The notes under the pieces: generated by a model | The model's input: the letters and a program-made list of their open reading frames with translations, nothing else | Told to the model about the DNA's origin: nothing | Databases searched by the model: none | Made by a program: the position numbers and the translations under genes | Source: Paraphysomonas bandaiensis | Lineage: Eukaryota > Protista > Chrysophyceae | Assembly: GCA_965644295.1 (NCBI GenBank) | Contig: CBFFRP010000150.1 | Location: 438,781-502,780 of the forward strand | Direction of reading: 5' to 3' | Length of the DNA: 64,000 bases | Part shown: positions 50,500-64,000 of the stretch, piece by piece | How positions within the stretch are numbered: the first letter of the stretch is position 1 | How the letters are laid out: every line of letters begins with the position of its first letter

Positions 50500-51502
50500 T
50501 GTAGCTTATCCTCATGACGTTGAAAAGTTAATATTACATTGTATAGCTATTTGTAGCATGCTTGCTGTATAAAGAAATAGATGTTCCCTGATTAACATTA
50601 AGAACACAAATGAGAACTCATATAGTTTCAAATCAATGATATGTATACTGTAAGTGTGGTGATGAGTGTGAACAGTTGAAGGTGAAAGAGAGGCTTCTTA
50701 TTGCCTTAATTAGCATCATCATCACATTTATATACAGCAGGCTTTACCTTTTCAAGTGCATCTGATCGAATGATGCGAGTATGATATGAGGCACACAATA
50801 TCATGAGAAGCACGATATGGCTCAAACCCTGAAAGAACTGGGTGCCACTGCTCCTAACCACCTATATAGCATCAGATATGGTCTCCTGTAATGTTCTTGA
50901 AGTTGTTTCGAAGTCCTGGATATGAAGACAGATCACTTGCACTGACAGCAGTCGAAGGATGGAATATAACTTGAAGTGTCTAATCGTTTAACTCATGATT
51001 GTGGTTTCTCTATAATTGTGTGTACTATAATGAAATCACATATATACGACTGTCATTATCATACTTAGGATAGAAGTGAGCTTCTGTTGAACCCAATATT
51101 GAAGTTGAATGTCTATATTTGCCCGGTGCTGATATGAGCGCCCTGTTGAGACAAAATCAGGTCAAAAAAAAGCTTTTTTTGAGACAAAATGGGGATAAAA
51201 CTATAACTATAGATAGCGACATATTACGTCTATTCAACTGTTCTTTACAGCGGAAAGTATTAACGAAAAGGAACCATATGTGTCTTTGAAACTAAGAAAT
51301 CGTTTGGAATTAAGAAAGAAATTTCAGCTTTGTTGCGTACAAATGACAGTAAGATAAAATTGTTTCGCATGGCTAGAGGATTGGCGTAGGAAATATTTTC
51401 TCGATTATTCAATAACTGACAGGCTGATATTAAACCAATATTTAACATCATAGCAGCAGCGAAACATGAACATAGACTAAACATTAGCTTTTCTATAAAG
51501 TA

Positions 51503-54351
51503 CTACTTATTATAGACCCGTTGTGAAACATCCGATGGAGTCCCATTACCACTGAGAGGTGTCGCTGATGAAGGTGGAGGAGAAGTTGCCGAGGAAGTAG
51601 ATGATAAGGATGATAAAATTTCCTCAGGCGGAGTGGAGAATCGACTCAGGCTGTCATCGGTCTCTACTATTCCCATTAGGTAGGTGTGGCACATTGAAGT
51701 CACACCTTCCCAAAACCTCCTACACGATAAACCGTTAAACTTAACAGTTGTAGCACGATTTTACTGTAACTGGACTTGCCTGTACTCCATCATCCTGTCT
51801 CGAAATCGAGCCATCAGATTAGGGTTCCGAGCAAATGTAACGAAATGTTCGGCGTGTTGACCCTTTTTCGTAAGTGCATCCAGTACAACCTCAGTGTTCG
51901 CCCAAAATACCCCTAATTGTTCGAGAATCAAGTCAACCTATCAACAAAAGGATTAACCACATTACAGTTTAAGCATATAGTGCAGTACCTTTCTTAGCAT
52001 TTCTAGTGCATTGTCCATCTGTGTCTGATCTTTTTTGTCCGACGACTGTTGACTCTGACCATAGCGTGTTACCCTACCATCGCCCCTGTCATTGTTGTCG
52101 GGATCAAGGTCCATGGCGCCATCATCATTATCAGCAGAAGTGATGGCGGGATGCTTGGGTGGAACTTTGTGTGCACCCTCCGCACCAATGACCATTTCAT
52201 CCACGTCCGAACTATGCCCGCTTGATTCACTTCTGCCGCCTTCACTACGTGATTGAGCAGTCCCACGTCCGTGGGGAGAAGAGTGCGGAGAATTGGGATA
52301 ACTTTTGAGCAGCCCACGCTCTCGCCAAGAGTCCTGACCAAACAGGTTCAGAAATAGTTCTAAAATGGCATTTCCAGATATGGCATCATCGCCTGCCTGT
52401 TCCTGCAAGTTGTAGATTGCGTCTCGGAGGGCCTGTACGTCAATTGTCGTCGGTCCAGAAGACCCACCACTACCAAGAGTTGAAAGCGAAAGAGAGTTAA
52501 GTTTCTGTCGGTTTTGATGATCACGGTTTGACATGTCCAGTATGTGCTGTAACTGAGAAATGGAACTCTGATTGGCGGATTGGGTTTTACTTACGAGGAC
52601 CAATAACTCACTCACCCATTCCCGTACCATATCAAAAAACACCACTGCCAACTGTGGTTCGCCTTCTTCTACAGCAAGCTCAAGGTCTGGGAACATGTTG
52701 AGAACAGCAAAGGCTGTTTGTTCTATCTTGCGCAACATTTTCGTACTGTCAGATATTTGTTGGCGACACATAACAGCAGCTGCGCGGACATGAGATGACA
52801 ACTCCTGGTTATGCGCATAATGTTTTGAGGCATTTTCAAAGCAACCGGCAATATTCTTCTGTAGATGCAATAGGGGTGCCAAGGGGAGGTGACCTTCCGC
52901 CCCGCTATACTGCCCAGGGTGGACCGTACCAAGACCATTACCAGGTCCTACTGTAAGTCCCATATCCCTACCGGCATCCCAGAGTGGTAGAGGGGGGGCG
53001 GCAGAGTCGTGGCCAGACGGATTGAGAGGATGCTTGGGCAGAGAAACACCGGATGGGAGACGATAGTTGGACTTGTCTTGTGGGGTAGGCATACGCCCAT
53101 CTTGAGTATACCTATCGCACAGAATCATGTCCATCACATTACCACTAGGTGACCCATGAGGAGACACATGAGATGAATTCATGGTACGTTGAGATGCGTT
53201 TTGAACACGAAATGAATCAAGCCACTCATGTCGCAGGGCATCCGAGGCTCCCAGACGAACGTCCGTCTCGTAGCACATGAGTCCCTGTATCAGGCTCTTA
53301 GCTTCAGCGGATTTGTCGCTCCAAAGGGCAGGTGGTAACCGCAGTACCATTCGGCCTGGTCTTCCAACATTGTGGTCGAATTCAGGAAATCGCGCCACCA
53401 ACATAACGTAGAGTACGGCACCAAGACTCCAGCAGTCAGCTGGCGATCCATAAGTCCCACCTATGCCCTTTGCTGTGAACTCCACCTCCGGGGCAAGATA
53501 ACACGGCGTGCCTACATGACATACATCAACACATAAATGCTATATACAGGAACACAAACCTACGAATGTCTTAGCCGCTGACCCGAGTCCTGCATGCTTC
53601 GAGAGACCGAAATCTAGCAGTTTGGCGATAGGAAGTCCAGTATGCGGGTCTGGCTGGTTGAGTATCAGAATGTTTTCCGGCTTGATATCCCTACTCACGT
53701 TCATTATCATGTATTATATCAAAGTAAATGCGTCACTAACCTGTGAATAATATCCATAGAATGCAGGTGCTGCAGTGCGCTTGCAATCTGGGCAAATATT
53801 GGCTTTGCATCATCTTCTGTGAAGAACTTCCTCTCCAGAATAACATCAAAAAGCTCCCTACCGGGCGCATACTCCATGACAACCATTAGCTGATCAGGAG
53901 TTTCGTAAACTTCAACAAACTGTATGATATTAGGGTGGCGTAATCTTCTCATAATATCCACTTCTCGTCGCAATCGCATCGGATTGAATTTCTCACGCAG
54001 CCGCAGAGGTCGGAGATCAATAACCTTGACGGCATAGACTTCACCAGATGTTCTATGTCTGCATTTGTATACAACAGAGAATCCACCTCGACCAATTTCA
54101 CTTAATCGTTCATATGATGAATCAAAATCGTCACGTGACGTTGATAAAACAGGCTCTAATCCAGGAGATGCCATGGGAGCTGCTTCACTAACAGGGACAG
54201 GAGATACGTTATACCCATCAAAATATGGAGGGGAATTTGTTGGTGATGATATCATTCCTTTATTAACGTCTTTATCTTCTGCTATCGCTAATCGTTTGAC
54301 AGATCTCTGTAAGGTTGTTACACTTTTGCTATTCTCTCTTTTGAGGGACAT
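51503..54351 (-). CDS. CAMK-group Ser/Thr kinase with a C-terminal helical domain, about 5 exons
   Basis: IGRGGFSVV, YAVKVI, HPNII, IIHR|DIKPENIL, LLDFGLSK, FV|GTPCYLAPEV, DCWSLGAVLYVML. Confidence 0.9.
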
Positions 54352-54959
54352 ACATGGGGTGCTAATGATAAGAATATGTATATAATCTAACAACTTGTTA
54401 TGCTATCAAGTGTTTATTTTTAATTAGGTATAAATTAATGAGAGGTAGTGGTAGATAATACCCTCTTAAGTATACCCTCCTATGGACTATGGTATGGTAG
54501 TATAGAGCTCTCATAACCCACTGCACAGAGATGATAGTTGAACACTTGGCATGATGCTATTTTATTATATGAAAAACACAGCAACTTTCATCTTCACCGC
54601 ACTTCGTTTTTCAGCACCACTACTGATGGAGGGTGTGTACGAGTGGTGTAGTGGGAGGGACAATTTCAACGTTCGTATCTATATTTGTACCACACATACT
54701 GCTGTATACCGGAAGAAATGCAGAAGAATACCGTGGAATACTGTACCAATAATACACAAAGTATCTTGTGTAGAAATACATCAGTATACTCTGTAGTTCC
54801 CTGTACTTTAACTGTGGCTTAGGTAGAGTATTGTTAAGGTTAGCCATCACATAACCATACCACAACAAGTCATATATTCTCTACGTGGCACTGTGCTATA
54901 TCTGTGCCGTTAGACACCACTAGTTGCATGGTGAATTAGATCTAAGGCTATATATATAT

Positions 54960-57900
54960 ATGATATTAGCTAAGCCACCCCCTCCGAAAGAATCATCCAA
55001 GGAGGAGTGGTGGGCTGGGAAGTTTCTTGGTCTACCAGAACCTGAACCTGGAGAATGGTATCTCACTGATATGAGGATCTGGTTATTGTTAACTATGATT
55101 GCAGGTACCCTGGTAAGCGACTGGGCATTAAACGGAAGTCTGCTGCGTCGATAGAAGATAAGGCTCCAGTTGAGCCATTGGTTTGGAAGAATGTTTCTCA
55201 ACTTACTGCTGATTTGTCTCATACTCAACATATTGAGGGGGTAGTAGCTGTATTAGAGGTATCTTCCATCGTCTATTACTCATGATGTGTTCACACATTA
55301 CATAGATTTGCTGTACCATAGTGGATGATGATATGACGCTCGCTGTTGCCACGCTTAATGCTGTAATTAGACTGGGGACAGGGAGACTAGATAGGTATGC
55401 ATAATATTATCTTTTAGCTACAGACTTAGTGAGTTGTATGTAGAGCTCTTAAGTTCGGAGATGGTGGATCTTGCGAGTATGTGGTTAAGCTCCTACATTG
55501 GTATATGTACTCCAGGATAGACGTTTTGGCAGGGGAAATTTCCGAGCACGATCGCGCAAGTTGTAACGACTTAGTAGAAAGTTGTCTTGCGTCAGCTCTC
55601 GGAGCCGTGGAGGTACTCGCTGCGGGTTGCAAGGTGATCTGAGTAAATGTTATGCTCCATGGCACTTACGCTTCAGTACAGCCCAACAGAGAGCGGCTTG
55701 GCAAGGCGGGAGCTTGTTCATATGTTGTGGAAGCGTTTCGAATGTACGATATATTGTTACTTTTAGGCATATGGTGTACCATTACTTATTGATGTCATCA
55801 GGTATGGTAGACCTGGGAAGAGCCCTTATCTAGCAGAACTCTGCTTCAACTGCATGTGGCAGCTCTCCTTTGGCAATTCCTTCAATCGGGCACGTCTGCG
55901 GGAAGCAGGGGCAGAAAATGAGTTGTGGGCTATGTCACGTAGTACCAGCGCTCTTCCGGCACAGAGGAACCGAGCACAGGCAGTTTTGGGGTGGCTGAAA
56001 TCGCAGGTATGGTTTCCTGTAACTCGTTCTTATGCTCAACTCAGCACTCTTCATTATAGCTGGCAGACGATTTAACTTCGTCAAGAGAGGTGTGTATGAA
56101 GTTGTCTGCTATTTGAACTTAGTTTATTAATGGTTTTGTAGCCAAGAGAAGTCGCAGGAGGACTACTACTGTCGATATCTGAAATAACAAAGTGAGTATG
56201 GATTTGTGACAGTACTCTAAGCTAATATTCTCTTCAGTGCCAGTGCTAAGGGAAGTCCTACGGAAGCTGTTAAACTTGCCTCCGAAGGTAAAAATATATA
56301 ATGGTGGTGATAGTTGTAGTTAATATTTCTTTAGGTTTCTTTGCTGTGGTTCGTCTTTGCTCTTGTAGCGATAGCCTGTCTGTCGTTGAGGAGTTTGTGG
56401 ATGGTATTGGTGCTGCTGAGGTGCTAGTAAAGGTATATTTGAGTTGAAGATGTTGGCTATAGTACAATTCACGAAGTACTACAGGTGACGAGAAGAGTGC
56501 TACGACACCATAGAAAGATATTTCGCGATGACATTGAGAAGCTCTGCCGATTTATCTCTAGCTCTTGTGAAGCAATGTGCTGCTTGTTAAGCGGTCCATA
56601 CCGTCTATTAAAGAAAGGAGCGGATGGTGATGATGTTGAACAGATACCCAAGGGTGATGAAGCCAGTTTTGAAGGTTCAGAGTCGATATACTCTGGTGAA
56701 GCAGTGTCGAAAGCCGATAGTGATCGGGATGACGATGTGGAAAGTGACGGAGTTGATCCGGGGGGTCCTGCATTTCACCCTCACAAGGAACTGACACTCA
56801 CGAAAAATGCAGCCCAACAAATGATCTCTACAGGAGCATGTAGAATGCTTGTGAAAGTTCGTAGGGCATATACCACATCGATATATTGTAATATATTTTG
56901 CGTAGGAATTGGAGCTATATGTAGACCCAGAATCTTCCCATTACGAGAAGCCGTCCAAACATACACATATAATGCTTCAGTCGTCTTGTAAGTGACGGCC
57001 GTTTGTATTTATGGTTACTACCACTAATGTTTGTGTAGCCGTATTAGACTTGGATCCCATTTCGCTGCTGACTTCAGGCACAGGAGTTATCACCAAGTGT
57101 GTTCTTTTCACCAATCCAGTGCGTTTTTGATTATTTCGTAGGGGTATGATTGCGGGATTCCATGGAATGAAAAGTGGAATCAATAAAATTAACTCCTCAA
57201 TTCAATCATCTGTGATGAAAGTGGCGATGTTTCCTGATACACCCGAAGGAAATTGCTTGAGTTCTATATGCCAAGCTATCAGGTAATTTTATGAGCTGTT
57301 TGTCATTCTTATATGACGCTGCCTACCTCAGGATATTGGCCGAAGTTTCTATAGAAGCTAGACTAAAGTTTGTGGAAGAAGAGTTGAATGATACTTGTCG
57401 TCTTTTGAGTCGTGGGGTATATGAGACTGGCGTAAAAGATTTGCAGATGTGGTTTCTGTAAGTATATTTGATGTAATAGCAATATTACTACTAAATCTTT
57501 GTTGCGCAGGGAATTCTTGAACTATGATCTGTCCCAGGACTATGGAGATGGCGAAGATGGAATTGTGGCACTGAAGCTAGCATTAAGAGTAATATATAGC
57601 TTCGGCGGAAATCCTTCTAAACCGTACAGCCCAATGGATGATAGAATGAAACTTGTATTCTCAGAGTCCCTAAATTGCATAGCCCGCTATGTATCAGAAC
57701 AAGGGGCGGATGGAGAAAGCCTGTTTGCTGAAAGAAATGGATATCACACTATATTTCTGCCGATAAATAAAACTCTATTAGCGGATTACAAGATCGTAGA
57801 TGCATGGGTTAATGCCGTTACAAGTATTGCACTGGCAAGAGTGGAGGCCAAGAACGTGAGTGGTTGTGTCATCAATAAAACTTTGTTCTGACAGTGTGAT

Positions 57901-58446
57901 ACAGACACTCGGCAGATATGGGGCATGTGAGATCTGTTTAGACTCGTTGCGGTTACATGCATTGCGCCCACATGTTGTTCAGCGTTGTTTGTGGGCTATT
58001 TGTGTCCTAGCTGGTGAGTATTTCTATGTTCTTTCATGTCACTCTAATTTATAATCTACTCGATAGCCAATCATGCAGAAAATATGGATCGTGTTCTAAA
58101 GTGGAGTTCGGACTCTTGGAATGCTGATACTGCGAAATCACTATTATTAACAGTTCAGAAGAGTAAAGGGCAAACTAATGAAGCGAGGGATCATGCCAGT
58201 TTAATATTAAGTTGGATGGAACTGCGGTCGATGATGCCTTCTAAGGCATCTCGAAAGCCTGACGAAAAATCGTCAGAATCTATCTTTTCTTTCGCTAGCC
58301 TCGACCGCATGATTTCTGGTTCCAGTACGGCTAGTGATAGAGGGCCTCTACATAGTGAATGCGAAGCATCAGTACAAAGTATTCCAGCATTTTCTACTCC
58401 ACCTCCTCATAATTCTAATGATGCATTAAGAACAGAAGGTGGGTAA
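54960..58446 (+). CDS. Armadillo-repeat-like protein, many short introns (exon structure approximate)
   Basis: Spliced helical repeats such as RLGKAGACSYVVEAF, CMWQLSFGNSFNRARLREAGA, MISTGACRMLV and LGRYGACEICLDSLR..VVQRCLWAICVLA. Confidence 0.7.
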
Positions 58447-59543
58447 TAACGGTTTAATTTGTTTTATTGTGATCCTAACCATTTATGCTTCAGATATATT
58501 TTTTTCTTTTGTACTGCGTGGTCTTGAGCGGTACTGCTCAGGCAGAGATGTTGGTGCAACTGAAGTGTAGCAGAGTATAATTAGATTGGTAGTTCATATT
58601 GTTGTCGTTATAGCTTATGATGATTATTCTTTATCATTTCACTAAATAAATTGAATGGCTGCTGGTTATGAGCCAAAAAACTTTGTGTCTATACCTTCAA
58701 CTATGACTAGTGTTTTGAATTGAATGCACTGTTCACAAGCGCATTGAGTTTTCTTAGAGTTGTCACTCTTATCTTATCCTGGATCCATAATTTCAATAAT
58801 GTCATTTAATGACTTCAATAATAGTAAAGGGAACTTATTGTGATATGCATCCTATAAAAATATGGGATATTTTCTCCATTCCGAGGACCTGCTAGTATTG
58901 ATTATTTTTGATAAAGCTAAACATTGTCAGCTTATTATAACCCCGGCGCATTATCAGTTATTTTTCTGTGGCTCAATAAGCAAGCTCTTAAAAGCAGATA
59001 GACCTTCTCAACACTTACTTGCCTTATACATGAGAAACCCCAAACAGGTGTCATGACCATGTCTTGCCTGAGTAATACATACATGGGTCATAGGTCGCTA
59101 TGGAATGTCCCGCTATCCTATCTTCTGTGATTTAAGAACAATCCCTATCTAGCTATCTAGGACGAAACGTCTTTATATTGTGCTCTGAACTTCCCATATA
59201 TACCTTGTTAGAATGATGTTAGCTGTGTGCATGCCATGCATGAGCTCTATTATAGATTTTTTTGTATTTTACAACACTTTTGTGCCGTTTCTAACTACTT
59301 TTCGCATATTAGACTGCAGACTTCATTCAACGATGAACTCTTCACTGACTATAGAGGCATCCACACATCCTCACCTCATACTGTGATATCCTCATCCTCA
59401 CTATGATCTTATATATCAATACGCCTTAAGAGTAGCTATGATTCCCTTGTTAGTTCATGACAGTGCAGTCAGTGCTGTGTGCTGTGTGTAGTCTAGGTGG
59501 ATAAAGAGGGGAAAACGGGACGTCAGCAGCATCTCACATCTTA

Positions 59544-59599
59544 ATTATCCCACATATGGGATATGATTTTCAGGTAGAATATCCCATATGTGGGATAAT
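59544..59599. repeat. Perfect 21-bp inverted repeat with a 14-nt spacer
   Basis: ATTATCCCACATATGGGATAT / ATATCCCATATGTGGGATAAT. Confidence 0.92.
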
Positions 59600-59871
59600 G
59601 CGGGTGATGCCGTGTGGAGGACAGTGTATCATCAGCATCATCAGCAGATAGGCAGCAGTACATACAACATGCAAGACACAGAGGATCATTGTGTGTATAT
59701 GTTTCTTATGTATGAAATACACGCATACATCCACCAGCACACCTGTGCAATAACTCTCATCATCACATACATTATTACTGCACTCATATCTAGTGTACAT
59801 TAACCAATCCACATTAATTAACATCCTCCTGGACATTACACCTAGTGCGGATACTTATTTAACAAGTCACA

Positions 59872-61341
59872 ATGACTGATAAATCTCCAGTGGTGATCGA
59901 TAATGGAACGGGGTATGTATATATGCAGAGTGCATGCTCCCTGTGGGTTATATATATGTATCAGGTATACTAAAATGGGATATTCTGGAAATGTTGAGCC
60001 TCAGTATATTATTCCTACTGTACTGGGAACAAAGTCAGATGAAGGCGGGGTGCAGGGGAAGAGAGACGGTGTTGAGGACCTTGATTTCTATATAGGAGAC
60101 GAGGCTCTGTCGAACTCATCTACACATCAAATTAATTATCCTATTAGACATGGTCTTATTGATAACTGGGATAACATGGAGCGAATGTGGCAACGTTGTA
60201 TGTTTGAGTATTTGCGTTGTGACCCAGAAGATCATTATGTTGTACTCACGGAGCCCCCACTTAATCCTCCTGAGAACCGTGAATACACAGCGGAAATCAT
60301 GTTTGAAACATTCAACGTGCCGGGATTGTATATAGCAGTGCAGGCGGTCCTCGCTCTAGCCGCCAGCTGGACTTCAAAGCAGGTGACGGAAAGGTCCCTC
60401 ACTGGAACAGTCATAGACTCCGGTGATGGTGTCACCCACGTAATCCCTGTCGCGGAGGGTTATGTGATCGGAAGCTGCATTAAGCACATCCCTCTGGCCG
60501 GGCGAACAATTACACAGTTCATCCAGCAACTTATTAGGGACAGACGCGAGCCAGTACCTTCTGAGGTTTCTTTGTTGTGTATGTGATACTTCGCCTCTGA
60601 TGGTAGCGTGTAGGACTCCTTGGAGGTAGCGCGCAAGCTGAAGCAAATGTACTGCTACGTGTGCCCTGATATCGCCAAGGAATTTGCCAAGTATGATAAG
60701 GCCCCCGAGAAATACTTTAAGCAGTTCAGTGGTACTAAGGTTCGCTTGTATATACCCTTCTATTCGTTGGCTAACAGTAAATATATTATGTAGAAATCCA
60801 CTGGTGCACCTTGGACCTGTGATGTTGGGTACGAACGATTCTTGGGACCCGAAGTCTTCTTCAACCCTGAAATCTTCAGTTCCGATTTTACAACCCCGCT
60901 GCCCGAAGTAGTAGACGAAGCCATCGTGAAGTGCCCGATCGACGTCCGCCGTGGCCTCTACAAGAACATCGTCTTATCTGGTGGCACAACCATGTTTAAG
61001 GACTTTGGAAGAAGACTGCAGCGTGACATCAAAAGGAACGTGGATCTACGTATGCAACTGAACATATCGCGACTCAGTGGACTCACCGGGAATGTGGCTC
61101 CTCCACCCGCCATCGATGTGAATGTAATCAGTCACCACATGCAGAGATATGCTGTGTGGTTTGGGGGTTCTATGCTCGCGTCAACGGTAAGCGTGTCGTG
61201 TTCTTGTGCGTATAAAATAGTTCTCTAATGTCTACATTGTTCTAGCCCGAGTTCTATAGAGTGTGCCATACAAAGGCTCAATACGACGAGGAGGGGCCAC
61301 GAATCGCTCGCCACAGCCCAGTATTCAGCGCAAGCCTCTAG
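59872..61341 (+). CDS. ACTR3: Actin-related protein 3 (Arp2/3 complex), 5 exons
   Basis: VVIDNGTG|[64 protein letters not shown]. Confidence 0.97.
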
Positions 61342-61536
61342 ATGTTTGTTACACTCTGGCTGCGTGTTGTTGGTGCTGCATGGATGCAGTATCTTATGTG
61401 GATGGGATTTGCACTTGCTTGATGTTGTAGAACCAGGGATAGTTGCGCAGTGTTAAGACTTGGTTGCAGTGCAATTAGTTGTAATAAATAGCTATGCAAT
61501 ACAGACAATGCATGGAGTTATGCGAAATGTCCATTG

Positions 61537-61653
61537 CAGGGTTCGGTAACAATATCTTGCAGCAGTGTTGTTAAGCCGGTTTAAAAACTCCATCAATACT
61601 ATTCATTGAACGCTATCTAACAATAGTATTGCAATATATTTTTCCCTTTCCTG
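61537..61653 (+). mobile_element. hAT-family MITE (same family as 11028-11182), 117 bp
   Basis: CAGGG..CCTG ends; shared body ccggtttaaaaac..gaacgctatctaacaata; perfect 8-bp TSD GTCCATTG at 61529-61536 and 61654-61661. Confidence 0.88.
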
Positions 61654-62089
61654 GTCCATTGTACTTGCAACTCTCCCTTTATGGTACTACACTTCTGTTA
61701 GGATTTTGTCCAGAATAGATGTGATACTACGGCACATGCTATTCGGGAGAACAGAAAGCTAATGTGAGGATGAAAAGATTAATAGTACGTGTCAGCGATC
61801 CAAAAGTTCTTTTTCGCGCGCTCTAAATTTAAATCTTTATGAAATCTTTAAATCTATATATAAATTTAGTTTTAAGCAGCCAACTGAAGATGAATGTGAA
61901 ACGAAGGTTGGTTTATGGTGATACATCCCAACACACTACACACTCTTTATGATAAAAGCATACTTAGTTGTGTCAGAAGCTTTCGTAGACACGCTATATC
62001 TTGGTGGAGACAGATTTGCATTTCGAATCTGAAGAGTCTTTGGTCAAAGAACTCGAACTTTATATGCTTGTATATTGTAACAGAAGTTG

Positions 62090-63330
62090 ACATTATTTGC
62101 GGGAGGAGACCATCAGAACACACCAGTCATGGAGGACTTAGCAGCAGTGGACACGGGAGTCTTAGGGGAAGAGATATTACCACAGGAGGGCTGGGTATAG
62201 GGAGCAGGCCTGATGAGTTACAGATGGAGACAGAACACCGTCAGGATGTAGAGGGAGTTATGCATAGTGAAGATAAAGAATCAAGGTGGTCTAGGCATAA
62301 TGCCGAGGAGTGGGAGGAATATCAGGAGAGTGTGTTTCATGAGGAAATGAAGGCAATGGGTTGGAGTACGGAGGTAGGAATGTGCAACTAGAGTGGGTTA
62401 TCTCACGACAGGTAGATATAATAGGGATGAGAAGTCAACAGTTGTATATAGAACTGGGAGTAGGAAGAGTTGTTCCAGCTCTCTCTTATGATCGACAGTG
62501 CGACAGTTGCCAGCAGCAGGCTATTCTTCGACAGGGTTCAGCACCATATTTCGCTCGACGATGTTGGTTGTGTTGGTATCAACAAAGGGGGACGTATGAG
62601 CCTGGTTGTAGAGTAACGAAGGCTCACAGTGTAGTTCTCAACAAACGAAAAGTGAAGAATTGTGTGGGAGGTCTGATGAGTTACAGATAGAGACCGAGTG
62701 CTGTCGGGATGTAGAGGGAGGTTCGTGGAGTCCAGTCGTGGTAGAAACAGTGTCACGGTATTGAGGAAGGTAGGCCGTTGGAAGTATCCGTAAGAGCTAC
62801 AACTGAAGGGAGCAGTGCGGAGCTGAGAGAGAGTCAGTATGTAGGGCAGGAAGAAGATGATTTGTCCGATCATCACGTTCAGCAAAATACTGAGGTTGAG
62901 CAGAATATAGGGAATGTAAACATAAGCATACAAGAAGGATTAGGGAATAAGCAGGACAGTGTTCCAGACACTGAAGCGTCAGTAGAGAGGGGAAAGTGGT
63001 CAGGCGTATTATTCAAAGAGGAGCAATCAAAAGGGTGCCATGAGATTTCATCTGTTTGTATCGTGCTACGAAGAGGTGTGTGGACAGGATTTGGAGAAAG
63101 TCAGCGGCTAAGACATGCACGGGAGGAGCATAAGGGTATGGAGAGGAAGTTCAACGGGACCTGGCAGATGCAAAAGACGAGAGCGATGCTACGAGACGGT
63201 GGGGTTATAACCATTATCGTAGATGATGCTGTTGTTATGAATCTTCGGTGGATGAATGGGTTAGGTAGCCCAGGTGGTGGTCAGATCGAGGCTACAGTAC
63301 ATAGTTACCAGTATACTGTATAGGAGCGGT
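62090..63330 (+). pseudogene. Decayed purine-rich coding-like segment, possibly transposon-derived
   Basis: Broken acidic ORFs; internal ~50-bp repeat ctgatgagttacagat.gagac..gtc.ggatgtagaggga at about 62210 and 62673. Confidence 0.3.
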
Positions 63331-64000
63331 TCAGAAACAGGAGTGTGGACTATTAGAGCAATCAAATATCAAATACGGTTGACATATTTCTAATTCTGAG
63401 TGTTACCTTCATGAACCAGGTCACGAGGTGCTTAAGTTGTTTAGACCTGTTCGGGTCGTGGATTCAGAAATGTGACGATTCTGATATGCGTCATTTGACT
63501 GGAAAATGTGAGTTGTAGGTAGAATAATGAAAGATATGCTATTGTTGTCGTTTAGACCCCATATATGGTCAAGGAGAAGGTTAGACTGAGAGGTATATGG
63601 TGGTGTACCTGTGTATATGTCTACATCTCGTGTGGTACATGTGCATAAGTACGGGCCTTGCAGTACGCATGGTACGTATATAAGTACGTAGGGAGGGATT
63701 GTAGTGCATGTATGGGACCGTCTGAGCGGTTAGAGAATATGAGAAGTATGATATGATGCTAATGAGTGTAGAGCCAGCTTGTAAGTGCAAGATTGCTATG
63801 TTAAGTCACTTCTTCTTCGAGGAATGAAGTCATAATAAGTATTAATTATCAAGGGCCTAGGAGTGTGGTTGAACAGTACCCGCTACACACTCTATAAGAT
63901 CAGACGTCACAGCACGTAGTAAGAAGACATCTGCAGACATGACAACAAGGTATATGCATGATGTGTCAAGATATAGTCCAATGCCCATTATCCCCACAAC

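Noticed and set aside
147-61341. Introner-like repeated introns
   Set aside because: The short introns I read share no evident sequence or terminal repeats; a systematic all-vs-all comparison was not possible.
62205-62725. CTGATGAG motifs as hammerhead ribozymes
   Set aside because: There is no downstream GAAA with supporting stems; the motif is part of a decayed coding repeat.

Overview
This is AT-rich eukaryotic genomic DNA with short (about 40-130 nt) GT-AG introns. It is probably from a flagellated protist (B9D1 and ARP3 are present; a stramenopile affinity is inference only). There are about 17 protein genes: B9D1, a membrane-anchored alpha/beta-hydrolase, a tail-anchored DUF1971 cupin, a possible pseudo-receiver/PAS protein, P5CR-like, SNIP1, an acylated EF-hand sensor, a flavin amine oxidase, RBM8A/Y14, eRF1, a prominin/tweety-like 5-TM protein, a Slo/BK-type channel, a TEY MAPK, a CaMK-family kinase, two helical-repeat proteins, a Cys-rich unknown and ARP3. 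There is also one solitary 5S rRNA gene and much transposon debris (hAT MITEs with 8-bp TSDs, hAT and piggyBac-like transposase remnants, and a two-subfamily interspersed repeat with a shared structured tail). Three things stand out. (1) A 1,584-bp pogo-like transposon with perfect 22-bp TIRs is embedded in long (TATG)n arrays whose unit equals a Tc1-type excision footprint. (2) The adjacent intronless flavin amine oxidase is circularly permuted. (3) The K+ channel has a non-canonical SVVGYGD filter. All calls come from reading the sequence by eye; no searches were run.
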